DNA of 64,000 nucleotides from the IMG/VR virus record IMGVR_UViG_3300043411_000942, positions 124,001 through 188,000 of that record; one strand, 5' to 3'. Positions 24,355-35,503 of the stretch are shown piece by piece. A program made the position numbers and the translations under genes. How positions within the stretch are numbered: the first letter of the stretch is position 1; the number at the start of each line of letters is the position of its first letter. The notes beneath the pieces are model-generated. The model was given only the letters and a program-made list of their open reading frames with translations. It had not been told where the DNA came from and made no database searches.

Positions 24355-25167
24355 ATGACTCGAAAGACAATTGCATTCTTGTTTACGGTACTCGGGGTTG
24401 CGCTCGTGGTTGCGTGCTCTTCCAACCCTGTTGTTCAGGTAGGTGGAGGTCAGGACCCACCACTGACCCTAGACTCTGTGGAGGGTGGAGGGTCGCCTGA
24501 GGGGTCAGTGCCTCCTCCGGATGCGGGGACCTCAGACGCCAACCCAGAAGACTCAAGCGTAGATAGCTCTCCTGACGCTGCTACTGACGGCCCCATCTCG
24601 GATTCGGCTACCGATAGCTCTCCTGACGCTGCTGACAGCGCTTCTGCTTCAGATGGAGGTGCTGACAGTGGGGATGCGGCTCCTGTTTGTACGGTGGGTG
24701 ACACTCAGTGTGTGGGTAAAGTACCTCAGACTTGCGAAGGGGTGGATGGGGGAGTGGCTTGGAAAAGTCAGGCTGCTTGCTCATTTGACTGCTTGGATGG
24801 TCGATGTATTGAGTGCAATCGTGGAGCCGATTGCACCCTACCTTCTGCCCCCTTCTGTGTTGATGGTGCTTGTCGTGAGTGTAACCCTGGTAGTTTGAGG
24901 TTTAGTAGTGTGGGGCAGAATCGTCAGAAGTGTATGGGTGGAGCATGGGAGGTAATTGAGATTTGCCCCTTTGCTTGCCTACCCTCTTCTGTTCGGTGTG
25001 ACGGGAATTGTGTTCCAGGGACTCGTAGGTGTAACCCAGATAAGGTAGATAATGGAGGAGTCTTCTTAGACTCTACCCAAGAGTGTGACCAAGGTGTGTG
25101 GGTGGAGCAACTACGGTGCAACCGTGGCTCCTCTTGTGACATCGCTCGGGTGGTCTGCCTCCCGTAA
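24355..25167 (+). CDS. myxobacterial-style lipoprotein with DAG/DSS low-complexity linker and Cys-rich repeats
   Basis: Lipobox LVVAC, PDAG..DAATDG..DGGADSG linker, repeated CxxGxxxC units. Confidence 0.8.
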   Translation: MTRKTIAFLFTVLGVALVVACSSNPVVQVGGGQDPPLTLDSVEGGGSPEGSVPPPDAGTSDANPEDSSVDSSPDAATDGPISDSATDSSPDAADSASASDGGADSGDAAPVCTVGDTQCVGKVPQTCEGVDGGVAWKSQAACSFDCLDGRCIECNRGADCTLPSAPFCVDGACRECNPGSLRFSSVGQNRQKCMGGAWEVIEICPFACLPSSVRCDGNCVPGTRRCNPDKVDNGGVFLDSTQECDQGVWVEQLRCNRGSSCDIARVVCLP

Positions 25168-25217
25168 GTCTCTCATGAGGTCTTTAGCTAGTATTCCTTT
25201 TATCATTCAATGTAATC

Positions 25218-25463
25218 ATGAAGTTCGCTCCAGCTGAAGACCGTAAGGGCCGCTCTCTAAACCCAGGAGACAAGGTCAGGTTCAAGACTTACCCTCGTGG
25301 GGATGCGGAGGGTGTTGTCATTGTGAGCTTGCGAGCGATGGAGGTCATGCCTGATGGCTCTACTCTCCCCGCACTTGCCATCGAGGTTGAGGGTGGTCGT
25401 TCCTACGGAATGCCGTCCCCAAAGGGTGTACTAAAGCTAGCCTACGACTACGATCGTCGATGA
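25218..25463 (+). CDS. hypothetical SH3/KOW-like protein (C-terminal AYDYDRR)
   Basis: DRKGRSLNPGDKVRF. Confidence 0.65.
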   Translation: MKFAPAEDRKGRSLNPGDKVRFKTYPRGDAEGVVIVSLRAMEVMPDGSTLPALAIEVEGGRSYGMPSPKGVLKLAYDYDRR

Positions 25464-25501
25464 CTTACGGGTCCTTAGCTACTACCTGTAAAGTAGCTTA
25501 C

Positions 25502-25574
25502 GTGCTCATAGCCTAATGGATGAGGCAACAGTCTACGAAGCTGTATTATGTAGGTTCGAGTCCTACTGAGCACA
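25502..25574 (+). tRNA. tRNA-Arg(ACG)
   Basis: ACAGT-CTACGAA-GCTGT. Confidence 0.93.
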
Positions 25575-25619
25575 CAAATTGTTGTGGGATTAGATGTAGA
25601 CCCGGTGTAGAGAACTCCC

Positions 25620-26033
25620 ATGAGTGATCCGAAGCCTTTGCGTATCTCGTTCGACATAGGGGGCGTACTCTCAAAGTACCCCACGATCTTTCGGCCGATG
25701 GTTGCCGCCCTTCAAAAGGGTGGTGCAGAGGTCTTCGTCCTCACGGATATGCACGATCACGCCCAGAGTTGTCGGTTCGTGCAAGGCAACGGCTATGACA
25801 TCCCGGCCGAGCGCATCCTCAACGCCGACTACAAGGAGCATGGCGAGGAGTGCAAGGCTGTAGTCATCGAGAAACACTTGATCGACATCCATGTCGATGA
25901 CTTTCCTGGTTACTGCGCCCACACCAAGGCATTGTCCCTCTTCACATGGCCGAACCCAGAACTCCCTTACTATCACGATGATTTCAAGACGGACGGGTCT
26001 GAGGGAGACTTCGGGAGGCGGCGAAAGCGATGA
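25620..26033 (+). CDS. HAD-superfamily-like protein
   Basis: ISFDIGGVL, VLT, K, IHVDD. Confidence 0.7.
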   Translation: MSDPKPLRISFDIGGVLSKYPTIFRPMVAALQKGGAEVFVLTDMHDHAQSCRFVQGNGYDIPAERILNADYKEHGEECKAVVIEKHLIDIHVDDFPGYCAHTKALSLFTWPNPELPYYHDDFKTDGSEGDFGRRRKR

Positions 26034-26067
26034 GCGGCTGATATCAAGGGTGGCAGCGAGAACTTAC

Positions 26068-26295
26068 ATGCAATTCATCAAAATCACGAATGCAGATAAC
26101 CGGCACGGGCTCCCTTTGGGTGCTGTAGGGGTGCGTACCCCAGAGGGTGGGCCAGCATGGGCACGAGTTATGATGCTCCGCCCACGTCGTCGAGCTTACT
26201 ACCTGAGCGAACGTGACATTGTAGACGTTGAAAGGCCAACGGACCTAACGACGGAAGAAGTTTTTGTTGTGGACAACACCAACTGGGGTATCTGA
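26068..26295 (+). CDS. hypothetical protein
   Basis: ORF from ATG 26068. Confidence 0.5.
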   Translation: MQFIKITNADNRHGLPLGAVGVRTPEGGPAWARVMMLRPRRRAYYLSERDIVDVERPTDLTTEEVFVVDNTNWGI

Positions 26296-26305
26296 GTGTG
26301 TACTA

Positions 26306-26374
26306 CGCGGTAACCATAGGATGGACGGGCCTTTCATACGGGCTTCGGTTGAAGTTCGAATCTTCTTACCGCGA
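26306..26374 (+). tRNA. atypical tRNA(CAT), minimal D loop
   Basis: CGCGGTA/TACCGCG, CCAT-AGG-ATGG, TT-CAT-AC loop. Confidence 0.65.
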
Positions 26375-26387
26375 CAATTGCTAGGGG

Positions 26388-26603
26388 GTGTCTGTGAGCA
26401 TCAAAGTCGGAGATAAGGTCTGCCGTAAGTCCCACCCAGAGATGACCGTTACGAGAATCGTGGATTTCGGGGTTCTTATGGCGGAGTGTACGTGGTTTCG
26501 AAGTCTCGTACACCCACCACACCGTGCGTTGTTCGACATTACCACCCTACAAGTCGTTGTAGAGCCAGAGACCTCGTTTACCCGATGGTTGCCTCTGCGA
26601 TAA
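26388..26603 (+). CDS. YodC-like small protein
   Basis: IKVGDKV..KSHPEMTV...CTWF. Confidence 0.6.
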   Translation: MSVSIKVGDKVCRKSHPEMTVTRIVDFGVLMAECTWFRSLVHPPHRALFDITTLQVVVEPETSFTRWLPLR

Positions 26604-26644
26604 AATCTGGTTAAGCCTTCCTGACCGGTGTACGTAGGTAGGGC

Positions 26645-26872
26645 ATGGACATCACGAAGATCACTTGCAGCCAAGCAGCGAAACTCCTCTACTTCACGGA
26701 GAACGGCACGGATAAGCCTACGCGGGAGATTGCCTTCACCCTGGCTGCGTTTGGCGAGGTCCCGCTTCCTGAGGTCCTTGTGGAGCGGTACGATTGGGAG
26801 CGCATGAACTCAAACTTTGAGCGGCAAGTTCAAAGGGACTCGCAAATGCGAGCTGCGGAAGGTACTCCGTGA
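26645..26872 (+). CDS. hypothetical protein
   Basis: ATG 8 nt after promoter motif. Confidence 0.65.
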   Translation: MDITKITCSQAAKLLYFTENGTDKPTREIAFTLAAFGEVPLPEVLVERYDWERMNSNFERQVQRDSQMRAAEGTP

Positions 26873-27075
26873 AAATCATCCCCTACGTTCTCGTCGCTGT
26901 TACGTTACTTGCCATCCTCTTTTCTTTCCCCCTCTCGTGTACAAACGACCCAGATTCTCATCGAACTCTGGAGAGTTCTGGGTACACTGACATCGCACTT
27001 GAGGGTTACGATTGGTTCGCCTGCGGTAAGGACGACGCCTACCACACGAAGTTTACTGCCATGGTTAAAGAGTAG
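26869..27075 (+). CDS. small exported protein, possibly truncated
   Basis: signal-like N-terminus; GYTDI..GY.WFACGKDD. Confidence 0.6.
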   Translation: MKIIPYVLVAVTLLAILFSFPLSCTNDPDSHRTLESSGYTDIALEGYDWFACGKDDAYHTKFTAMVKE

Positions 27076-27163
27076 GAGGTCTGAGACGTAGTAGAGGTGA
27101 GAGAGGCTTAGGGTATCGAAGAGTGAGACTTACCTACTTGCGTAGACTTGTAAGTCGTGTTAT

Positions 27164-27235
27164 GCTCCTGTAGATCAATGGTAGATTGCCGCTTTTACAA
27201 GGCGGATGTCGGGGGTTCGATTCCCTCCGGGAGTA
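27164..27235 (+). tRNA. tRNA-Val(TAC)
   Basis: CCGCT-TTTACAA-GGCGG. Confidence 0.92.
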
Positions 27236-27241
27236 CTGAAG

Positions 27242-27679
27242 TTGGAAAAAATCTGCCCTAAGTGTAAGCTTTCCAAGGCGTTAGCTGAGTTCCACTGGAG
27301 GAATAAAGCTAAGGGTACTCGACAAGTGTGGTGTAAGCCTTGTGCAATTGGGGCTCGTGTTAACCACTACAAGAAAAATAAGCCTCGTTACCACACCTAC
27401 AACATCGAACGTCGTCGAGACCTTCTTACTAAGGTGTACTCCTACTTGGAGGGGAAAAGCTGTCAGGATTGCCCAGAATCTAACCCTATTGTGCTGGAAT
27501 TCGATCATGTTCGAGGGGTGAAGCTTGCTGGGGTAACTGTACTGGCTAACCGAAATTCCAGTTGGGAAAAGATCCAGAAGGAGATACAGAAGTGCGAGGT
27601 AGTTTGCGCTAACTGTCATCGTAAACGTACTGCGGAGCGTGCTGGGTGGACTAGGTCTGTCCCAAAGATTGAAGTGTAA
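27242..27679 (+). CDS. HNH endonuclease
   Basis: KICPKC...CQDC...VLEFDH...KCEVVCANCHRKRT; start uncertain. Confidence 0.85.
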   Translation: MEKICPKCKLSKALAEFHWRNKAKGTRQVWCKPCAIGARVNHYKKNKPRYHTYNIERRRDLLTKVYSYLEGKSCQDCPESNPIVLEFDHVRGVKLAGVTVLANRNSSWEKIQKEIQKCEVVCANCHRKRTAERAGWTRSVPKIEV

Positions 27680-27687
27680 GTGTGTTT

Positions 27688-27770
27688 GGCCTAGTGAGGG
27701 TAATGGCAAATGGAACAGTCTGCGGATTTAAAATCCGTCCCTTTTGAGGGTTCAATTCCCTCCTGGGCTA
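27688..27770 (+). tRNA. atypical tRNA-Leu(TAA) with enlarged D region and short variable arm
   Basis: GGCCTAG/CTGGGCT, GCGGA-TTTAAAA-TCCGT. Confidence 0.7.
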
Positions 27771-27783
27771 CTGAGGTGAAAAA

Positions 27784-27990
27784 ATGAGTACGCGTTGGTA
27801 TAGAATGTTTGCGGCTGAGTTCATGGTGTCTGAAAGCGCTTCTGAAAGCGCTAGCTCGTCACGTCAGTGTGATATGTGCGATGAAGCAGATAATGACTAC
27901 TGCTTTAAGTGTGGTACTCCACACGGCACAATGCGTGATCTAGTTGAAGGGGAATGGTCGGACCAACTCGACAGGATGTACATGGGGTGA
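27784..27990 (+). CDS. small zinc-finger protein
   Basis: CDMC...CFKCG; GAGGT RBS. Confidence 0.6.
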   Translation: MSTRWYRMFAAEFMVSESASESASSSRQCDMCDEADNDYCFKCGTPHGTMRDLVEGEWSDQLDRMYMG

Positions 27991-27993
27991 GCT

Positions 27994-28161
27994 ATGGAAG
28001 TCTGGAAGAAGCTTGCGAATAGGAAGCGTAACGAAGGTGCTCGCGAGTTACGTCTCTCCTCTAGGATTGGGTACAACGCGCTACGCGGGCGTAAGCGGAA
28101 GTTCAATCGGGCGGCTTTACGGAAAGACGCTAAGTTGGACCTCCAGTTGGGTTTGAACTAG
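27994..28161 (+). CDS. small basic protein (55 aa)
   Basis: MEVWKKLANRKRN... Confidence 0.45.
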   Translation: MEVWKKLANRKRNEGARELRLSSRIGYNALRGRKRKFNRAALRKDAKLDLQLGLN

Positions 28162-28167
28162 AGACTT

Positions 28168-28258
28168 GGGACTGTAGCCTAACGGTTAAGGCACCCGGTT
28201 TATAACCGGTTTAGCGTCTGATAAGCGCGAGATGGGGGTTCAAATCCCTCCAGTCCTA
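28168..28258 (+). tRNA. tRNA-Ile(TAT) with extra arm
   Basis: CCGG-TTTATAA-CCGG; extra hairpin GCGT-CTGATAA-GCGC. Confidence 0.85.
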
Positions 28259-28389
28259 CTAAGGTGCAGGAATCCCCAAAGGGTTCCTCAGAAAGGTAAG
28301 CTGTAAACTTACCAGGTTGGAAGTAACCAAGCACCTCGATCCTTGACATAGTGTGACCTTAGACTGTACTTAACTTGTGTTTGAGAGAC

Positions 28390-28744
28390 GGGGTTGAAAT
28401 AGTTTCGACGTTGGAGAGAAGTAGTGCTTGCATGTAGGCGGTCCTTGACCCGCCTTGACCAATCAAGGAACGTTAATTGCGAACGATAACGCATACGCGA
28501 CTCCCGCTCTCGCAGCGGCTTGAGTAGCTGTCCTCCAGGGAGATCGTCCTGGTACCTGAACGGGGGCATCAATCACTAGGGCTGGTCGAAGAGCTGGGCT
28601 AACCGAGCACGAGATGAGATAAACAGGGTAGATAGGTCCTAGCCGAATCGAGGAACTCAGTTGACGGGGATACGTCAACCAATCATGTGGAAGAAGGCAC
28701 TTACGTATTTCTGGCGGACCCGAGTGCGATCCTCGGCAACTCCA
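28390..28744 (+). ncRNA. ssrA: tmRNA
   Basis: 5' GGGGTTGAAATAGTTTCGAC, 3' GGACCCGAG-TGCGATC-CTCGG-CAACTCC-A, G3:U70; tag 28479-28523 ANDNAYATPALAAA*. Confidence 0.93.
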
Positions 28745-28888
28745 CAGTAATCCCACCCGAAACGGTGGGGTTGAATTTGTAGCAGGCGGTTAAATTGGTT
28801 CGATACTTTTACGTAGAAGAGAGGGACTAGAAGTTCTAGCCCTCGAAAGAGGGTACGGACATGAGGAAGAGGCAAAGGTAGGTGTAAC

Positions 28889-29449
28889 ATGAGCGGAACG
28901 TTACTTCTGAATACGTGGGGTCTCCCCCACGCCATCCTTAGTTGGGAGGAGGCGATTTGTCTCCTCTACCAAGAGAAGGCAATAGTCTTGGAGGATTACG
29001 AGGAGACGGTAAGTTCACCGTCAACAGCGTACTTCATCCCAGCTGTTATGCAGCTCAAGGTACCAGTAAAGGGGTACAAGAAGGGCGTTAAGTTCTCGCG
29101 CATCAACGTGTTCACACGAGACTCGTTCTCCTGTCAGTACTGCGGGGAGCGGAAGTCGATGAAGGACCTGAACTATGACCATGTGCTTCCTCGGAAGCAG
29201 GGTGGTCGTACGAACTGGGAGAACATCGTCACTTCTTGCTACAAGTGCAACGAGAAGAAGGGTGGTCGTACTCCTGAGGAGGCTAGGATGAAGCTCCTCA
29301 AGCGGCCAGCAAAGCCCCACTCTCTGCCACTCCATGCCGTGTTCATCCACTCCATGGACGTTCCTGCTCCTTGGGTGCCGTACCTAGACTTCTCCAAGGC
29401 CTACAAGCATGGGGATGGGTTCTACATGCTGGGTGGGGTAGCTGCGTAG
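28889..29449 (+). CDS. HNH endonuclease (McrA-like)
   Basis: FSRINVFTRDSFSCQYCG...DHVLPRKQGG..NWENIVTSCYKCNEKK. Confidence 0.9.
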   Translation: MSGTLLLNTWGLPHAILSWEEAICLLYQEKAIVLEDYEETVSSPSTAYFIPAVMQLKVPVKGYKKGVKFSRINVFTRDSFSCQYCGERKSMKDLNYDHVLPRKQGGRTNWENIVTSCYKCNEKKGGRTPEEARMKLLKRPAKPHSLPLHAVFIHSMDVPAPWVPYLDFSKAYKHGDGFYMLGGVAA

Positions 29450-29463
29450 CTAGTCTGAGACCG

Positions 29464-29499
29464 AAAAGGGCGAAGTGGGGAAACCTGCTTCGCCCTTTC
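29464..29499 (+). terminator. intrinsic terminator (possibly bidirectional)
   Basis: AAAGGGCGAAG...CTTCGCCCTTT. Confidence 0.7.
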
Positions 29500-29531
29500 T
29501 CGTTTTGTGGTGTATAAAGTTACGGTACTCG

Positions 29532-29969
29532 ATGCACCCTTTTGACCACTCCTCTAACCATACTCTTCGACCTTCTAGCGCCAGAGTAAGTATCACCCCT
29601 CCTGTAGGGGGGTGTGTATTGGCTCTTCAAGCTGAGATTAAGTCTGCTCTCGATCGCGCTTACGACCTAACTAAGGCTGGTAAGCCAATCCTAGCTACCG
29701 ACCTTACCCTAGGTGTTGTAGACCGATGGATTTGGAATCGTAAGTTCGATCAAGTGTCGCTCTTTCTTCAAGAGGCCGATCCGTTTCGACTTCCTCCTGC
29801 GAGTATCACTGGGCTCCTGTGTTTAACCTTACCTAAGAATCTTGGAGCCGATGCTGAGGTGCTGGGAAAAGCTAGGGTTGACTTCTTTGACCGCTCCATG
29901 TTAGCCTTGACGGAAGTCTCACACTGGTCTGAGGAGTCCATCCAGCTCGTTACGTTGAGGTTGAGGTAG
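29532..29969 (+). CDS. hypothetical protein
   Basis: ORF; start uncertain. Confidence 0.55.
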   Translation: MHPFDHSSNHTLRPSSARVSITPPVGGCVLALQAEIKSALDRAYDLTKAGKPILATDLTLGVVDRWIWNRKFDQVSLFLQEADPFRLPPASITGLLCLTLPKNLGADAEVLGKARVDFFDRSMLALTEVSHWSEESIQLVTLRLR

Positions 29970-29973
29970 GTAC

Positions 29974-30156
29974 ATGACAACTCGCTATGACGTCTCCAAC
30001 CGTGCTCTTGAGAAGCAGCGTTCTCGCGAAGAGGATGAGCGCGCTCTAGCGTCCGGAGAGATTGACCGCGATACGCTCAGGGCCCGGAACGGAGCGTTTG
30101 CGTTCCCTCGCCATCGAGCTAGGCCTAGGTTTGACTTGATCAAGCGCTTCGGTTGA
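29974..30156 (+). CDS. small hypothetical protein
   Basis: GAGGT RBS; [16 protein letters not shown]. Confidence 0.6.
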   Translation: MTTRYDVSNRALEKQRSREEDERALASGEIDRDTLRARNGAFAFPRHRARPRFDLIKRFG

Positions 30157-30163
30157 GGCGTGT

Positions 30164-30724
30164 ATGGAGATGACTGTGGAAGAAATCTACGTAAGTACGG
30201 ATATTGAGACGGACGGCCCAATTCCTGGACCGAACTCGATGTTGTCGTTTGGCTCTGCTGCTTTCACGTTGAGTGGTGGCTTGGAGGGTACGTTTGAGGC
30301 TAACCTTGAAACCCTACCTGGGGCGACAATGGACCCGATAACAAAGTCTGAGTTCTGGGACAAGAACCCAGAGGCTTGGGCTGCTTGTCGGAAGGACCTT
30401 AAGCCTATCGCTGAGACGATGAGGCAGTATGTCCTGTGGGTTAAGTCCCTACCTGGAAAGCCTGTGTTTGTAGGATACCCAGCAACTTTTGACCACGCCT
30501 TCATGCATTGGTACCTCGTGTACTTCACTGGAGGTGACCCCTTTAGCTGCTCAGCTCTAGATATGAAGTCCTACGCGATGGCGAAGTTGGGGACTTCATT
30601 CAAAGAGACTACGAAGCGAAATATGCCTAGGAGTTGGTTTAACTCGAAGACTAAGCATACTCACGTTGCGTTAGAGGACGCTATCGAGCAAGGGTATCTC
30701 TTCCTAGAGATGCTTAACTATTAA
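30164..30724 (+). CDS. DEDDh 3'-5' exonuclease
   Basis: [21 protein letters not shown]. Confidence 0.88.
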   Translation: MEMTVEEIYVSTDIETDGPIPGPNSMLSFGSAAFTLSGGLEGTFEANLETLPGATMDPITKSEFWDKNPEAWAACRKDLKPIAETMRQYVLWVKSLPGKPVFVGYPATFDHAFMHWYLVYFTGGDPFSCSALDMKSYAMAKLGTSFKETTKRNMPRSWFNSKTKHTHVALEDAIEQGYLFLEMLNY

Positions 30725-30745
30725 GCCATTTGTAGCAGGAGAGGC

Positions 30746-32765
<2,020 letters not shown>

Positions 32766-32766
<1 letters not shown>

Positions 32767-33653
32767 TGGAGGATCCTGAATTAGGTTCAACTAACTACGG
32801 GCGTGCAACACTGGTGAACGGGGATTGTCTTAGGTGGATGCGTGATCGTGCTCCTAATTCGATTCATGCGGTGGTTACTGATCCGCCATACGGCCTGCGC
32901 GAGTTCAGTGAGATCGAGAAGGTTAAGCTCCGCACGGGTCGCGGTGGAGTCTGGCGCATTCCACCTGAGTTCGATGGTTGCAAGCGCATGCCTTTACCAA
33001 GATTTACTACCCTCACGGCGAAGGAGCAGCTCGTGATGAGGGACTTTTTTGCAGAGTGGGCTAGGCATGTTCTGCGTATTTTGGTTCCTGGTGGGCATGT
33101 AATCATTGCTGGTAATCCGCTCGTATCCCATCTCGTCTACATTCCCATGTTGGAGGCTGGATTCGAGAAGCGTGGGGAGATTATTCGACTTGTTCAGACA
33201 TTGAGAGGTGGGGACCGTCCCAAGAACGCACATGAAGAGTTCTCAAATGTGACGGTCATGCCACGATCAGCTTGGGAGCCTTGGGGACTCTTCAGAAAGC
33301 CCTGCGAGGGACTTGTCCAAGATAATCTTAGGAAGTGGAAGACCGGGGGTCTCCGTCGTGAGTCGAAGGAGCGCCCCTTCACTGATGTGATTCAATGCTC
33401 TCCGACAAGACCAGCGGAGCGTAAGATCTCCAACCATCCGTCACTCAAGCCGCAGAGTTATATGAGACAGGTTGTGAGGGCATCCCTTCCACTTGGTGAG
33501 GGTGTAGTGCTCGATCCATTCATGGGAGGTGGTTCCACCATCGCTGCCGCAGAGTTCAATGGTTACCAGAGTGTTGGTATCGAACTTGATTCAATCTACT
33601 TTGACCTTGCGACAAGAGCGATACCTCGTCTTGCACAATACACTAGGCCGTAA
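32766..33653 (+). CDS. N4-C/N6-A DNA methyltransferase (beta class)
   Basis: VTDPPY before HPSLKP and DPFMGGGST. Confidence 0.92.
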
Positions 33654-33661
33654 GGATCAAA

Positions 33662-33970
33662 GTGCAACCTAAGATCAAAATTACCAAGGACTCTCAGGGC
33701 AAACGAGACATCATGTTTTGGTGCCCTGGGTGTAACGGGAGAGTTCACTGCGTTGACGATAAGTGGTCGTTCAATGAGGACTTGGTACTGCCTACAATTC
33801 GTGCAAGTATCCTAGTGACCTATGATGGGTCGGATGCGGGCGTGGACGGATCACCTCCGGCAAGGTGTCACTCTTTTGTGACGGACGGTAAGATAGCTTT
33901 CTGTAGTGACTCTACCCACGAACTTGCAGGCCAAACAGTGGACATCCCTCCTTGGGAGAAGATTCCCTGA
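33662..33970 (+). CDS. DUF6527-like protein
   Basis: FWCPGC..H..WSFN..PTIRASIL..CHSFVTDGKI.F.SDSTH.LAG. Confidence 0.75.
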   Translation: MQPKIKITKDSQGKRDIMFWCPGCNGRVHCVDDKWSFNEDLVLPTIRASILVTYDGSDAGVDGSPPARCHSFVTDGKIAFCSDSTHELAGQTVDIPPWEKIP

Positions 33971-34002
33971 AGCTCAGGATGTAGTTATGCTCCTACGTAA
34001 GA

Positions 34003-34389
34003 GTGGACCAAAGACTACTCGGGAATCCCAGGCCTCATGTGTTACGTAAGAACGATACTCCAGCTCTAGCTAGAGCTATCGTTGCAGTTCAACGAGGTAG
34101 GGCCATCGTTGGACGGTGTGCCATACAGGGAACGGATTGCATCCTCTTTGAGGATAAGCGTACCCACATAAAGCTGCTAGTGCTTGCACAGGATTGGTTG
34201 AAAGTGGTACCGTACTTGAGTGACGGCACCTTCGACCCACTAGTGATTCCGACTTACCATTGGGTCACGGTAAATCAAGACCGTTTTGATTCTGCGGTTA
34301 CGGACATTAGAGACCAAGAGCTATACTCAAGAGTCCTTACAGTGCTAGAGCGACTTTTCCCCGTTGAGTTTCCAACTACCAAGATCTAA
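34003..34389 (+). CDS. hypothetical protein
   Basis: 128 aa ORF in operon. Confidence 0.6.
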   Translation: MDQRLLGNPRPHVLRKNDTPALARAIVAVQRGRAIVGRCAIQGTDCILFEDKRTHIKLLVLAQDWLKVVPYLSDGTFDPLVIPTYHWVTVNQDRFDSAVTDIRDQELYSRVLTVLERLFPVEFPTTKI

Positions 34390-34403
34390 GGAGTGCAGGC
34401 AAG

Positions 34404-34625
34404 ATGAGTTTTGACCCAACAGGTACGAACCCAGGAGTAGAGTCCTCAACCCCTGAGCCGAAGACCCTGAGTTTGAAATGCATGAATAATGGGTGCAAAT
34501 CCATTCAGGCGATTGAGATTGTAGCCGCAGGTACAGACTCAGCGGCTACTCACAGCAGACTCTACCAGTGCGTGAAGTGTAAACACTCGTGGGCTGTTCC
34601 CGTGGGAGGCAGCTTCAACTTCTGA
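34404..34625 (+). CDS. zinc-ribbon protein
   Basis: CMNNGC...RLYQCVKCKHSW. Confidence 0.7.
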   Translation: MSFDPTGTNPGVESSTPEPKTLSLKCMNNGCKSIQAIEIVAAGTDSAATHSRLYQCVKCKHSWAVPVGGSFNF

Positions 34626-34655
34626 TCGCTAGTTCACTTCTGAGCTTCCCTTGGT

Positions 34656-35339
34656 ATGTACTTGCAAGATTTAAGGGCGTTCGAAGCAGACACGTCTAAC
34701 GCGATTCCAGGGTTCAAGGTATGTTGGAAGGACACCTCTAGGTTACAACGTGTACTGGGTTGGCTGGTCAAACCATTCAACCCAGACTACCTAACGAGGT
34801 ACACCACAACTTTGCATCCTAACGTGTGGTTCCCCTCAAGGGAATTTTACGATAGGGACCCGACCCAATCCTTTCTCGTGCTGGCGCATGAGCGGGTCCA
34901 CTTGTCGGATACGCTGAAGCGTTCCGTGTGGTTTAGGGTGTCCTACTTACTACCTCAAGTCTTGGCTATCCCTGCTCTGGTTCTGACTCTAGCTCTAATT
35001 CCGGTCGTTGGCTGGAAGGCATTGGGGTTGCTAGGGTTGGTTGCCCTGTGTTTGGCTCCCTGGGGATCTCCATGGCGAACACATTGGGAGCAACGAGGGT
35101 ATGCCATGACTCTCGCCTGTGCCTATTGGATTAAGGGTGAGTTCAGTCAGGCGACAAAGGATTCGGTCCGTAGGCAGTTTCTGGGTTGGAGTTACTACCG
35201 CATGGCCTGGAGATCTAGCTCTATCGATGCCTGGTTTGTGCAGGTTGAGAAGGATATCCGGAGTGGGGACATCCTAAAGGAAGACGTTTACAACCAAGTC
35301 CACGAGTTCCTTAAAAATAGGGGTATGGCCCGCAAGTGA
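34656..35339 (+). CDS. membrane protein with HExxH motif
   Basis: LAHERVH, two TM segments, WEQRGY. Confidence 0.7.
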   Translation: MYLQDLRAFEADTSNAIPGFKVCWKDTSRLQRVLGWLVKPFNPDYLTRYTTTLHPNVWFPSREFYDRDPTQSFLVLAHERVHLSDTLKRSVWFRVSYLLPQVLAIPALVLTLALIPVVGWKALGLLGLVALCLAPWGSPWRTHWEQRGYAMTLACAYWIKGEFSQATKDSVRRQFLGWSYYRMAWRSSSIDAWFVQVEKDIRSGDILKEDVYNQVHEFLKNRGMARK

Positions 35340-35503
35340 TGACCATGCGGTGTATACGAGAGGGTTGTTCTGGCTACCTTTGCACAAGCGGGCAGGAAGT
35401 GTATCGAATGATTTGCGATAAGTGCGGTCAAAACTACATCGTACGACTCACGTTAGACCCCGTAGAGCCTAAACTACAACCCTTGGTGCTCCTTGCTAAG
35501 TGA
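35339..35503 (+). CDS. small zinc-ribbon protein
   Basis: MTMRCIREGC...ICDKCGQ; TGATG coupling. Confidence 0.5.
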   Translation: MTMRCIREGCSGYLCTSGQEVYRMICDKCGQNYIVRLTLDPVEPKLQPLVLLAK

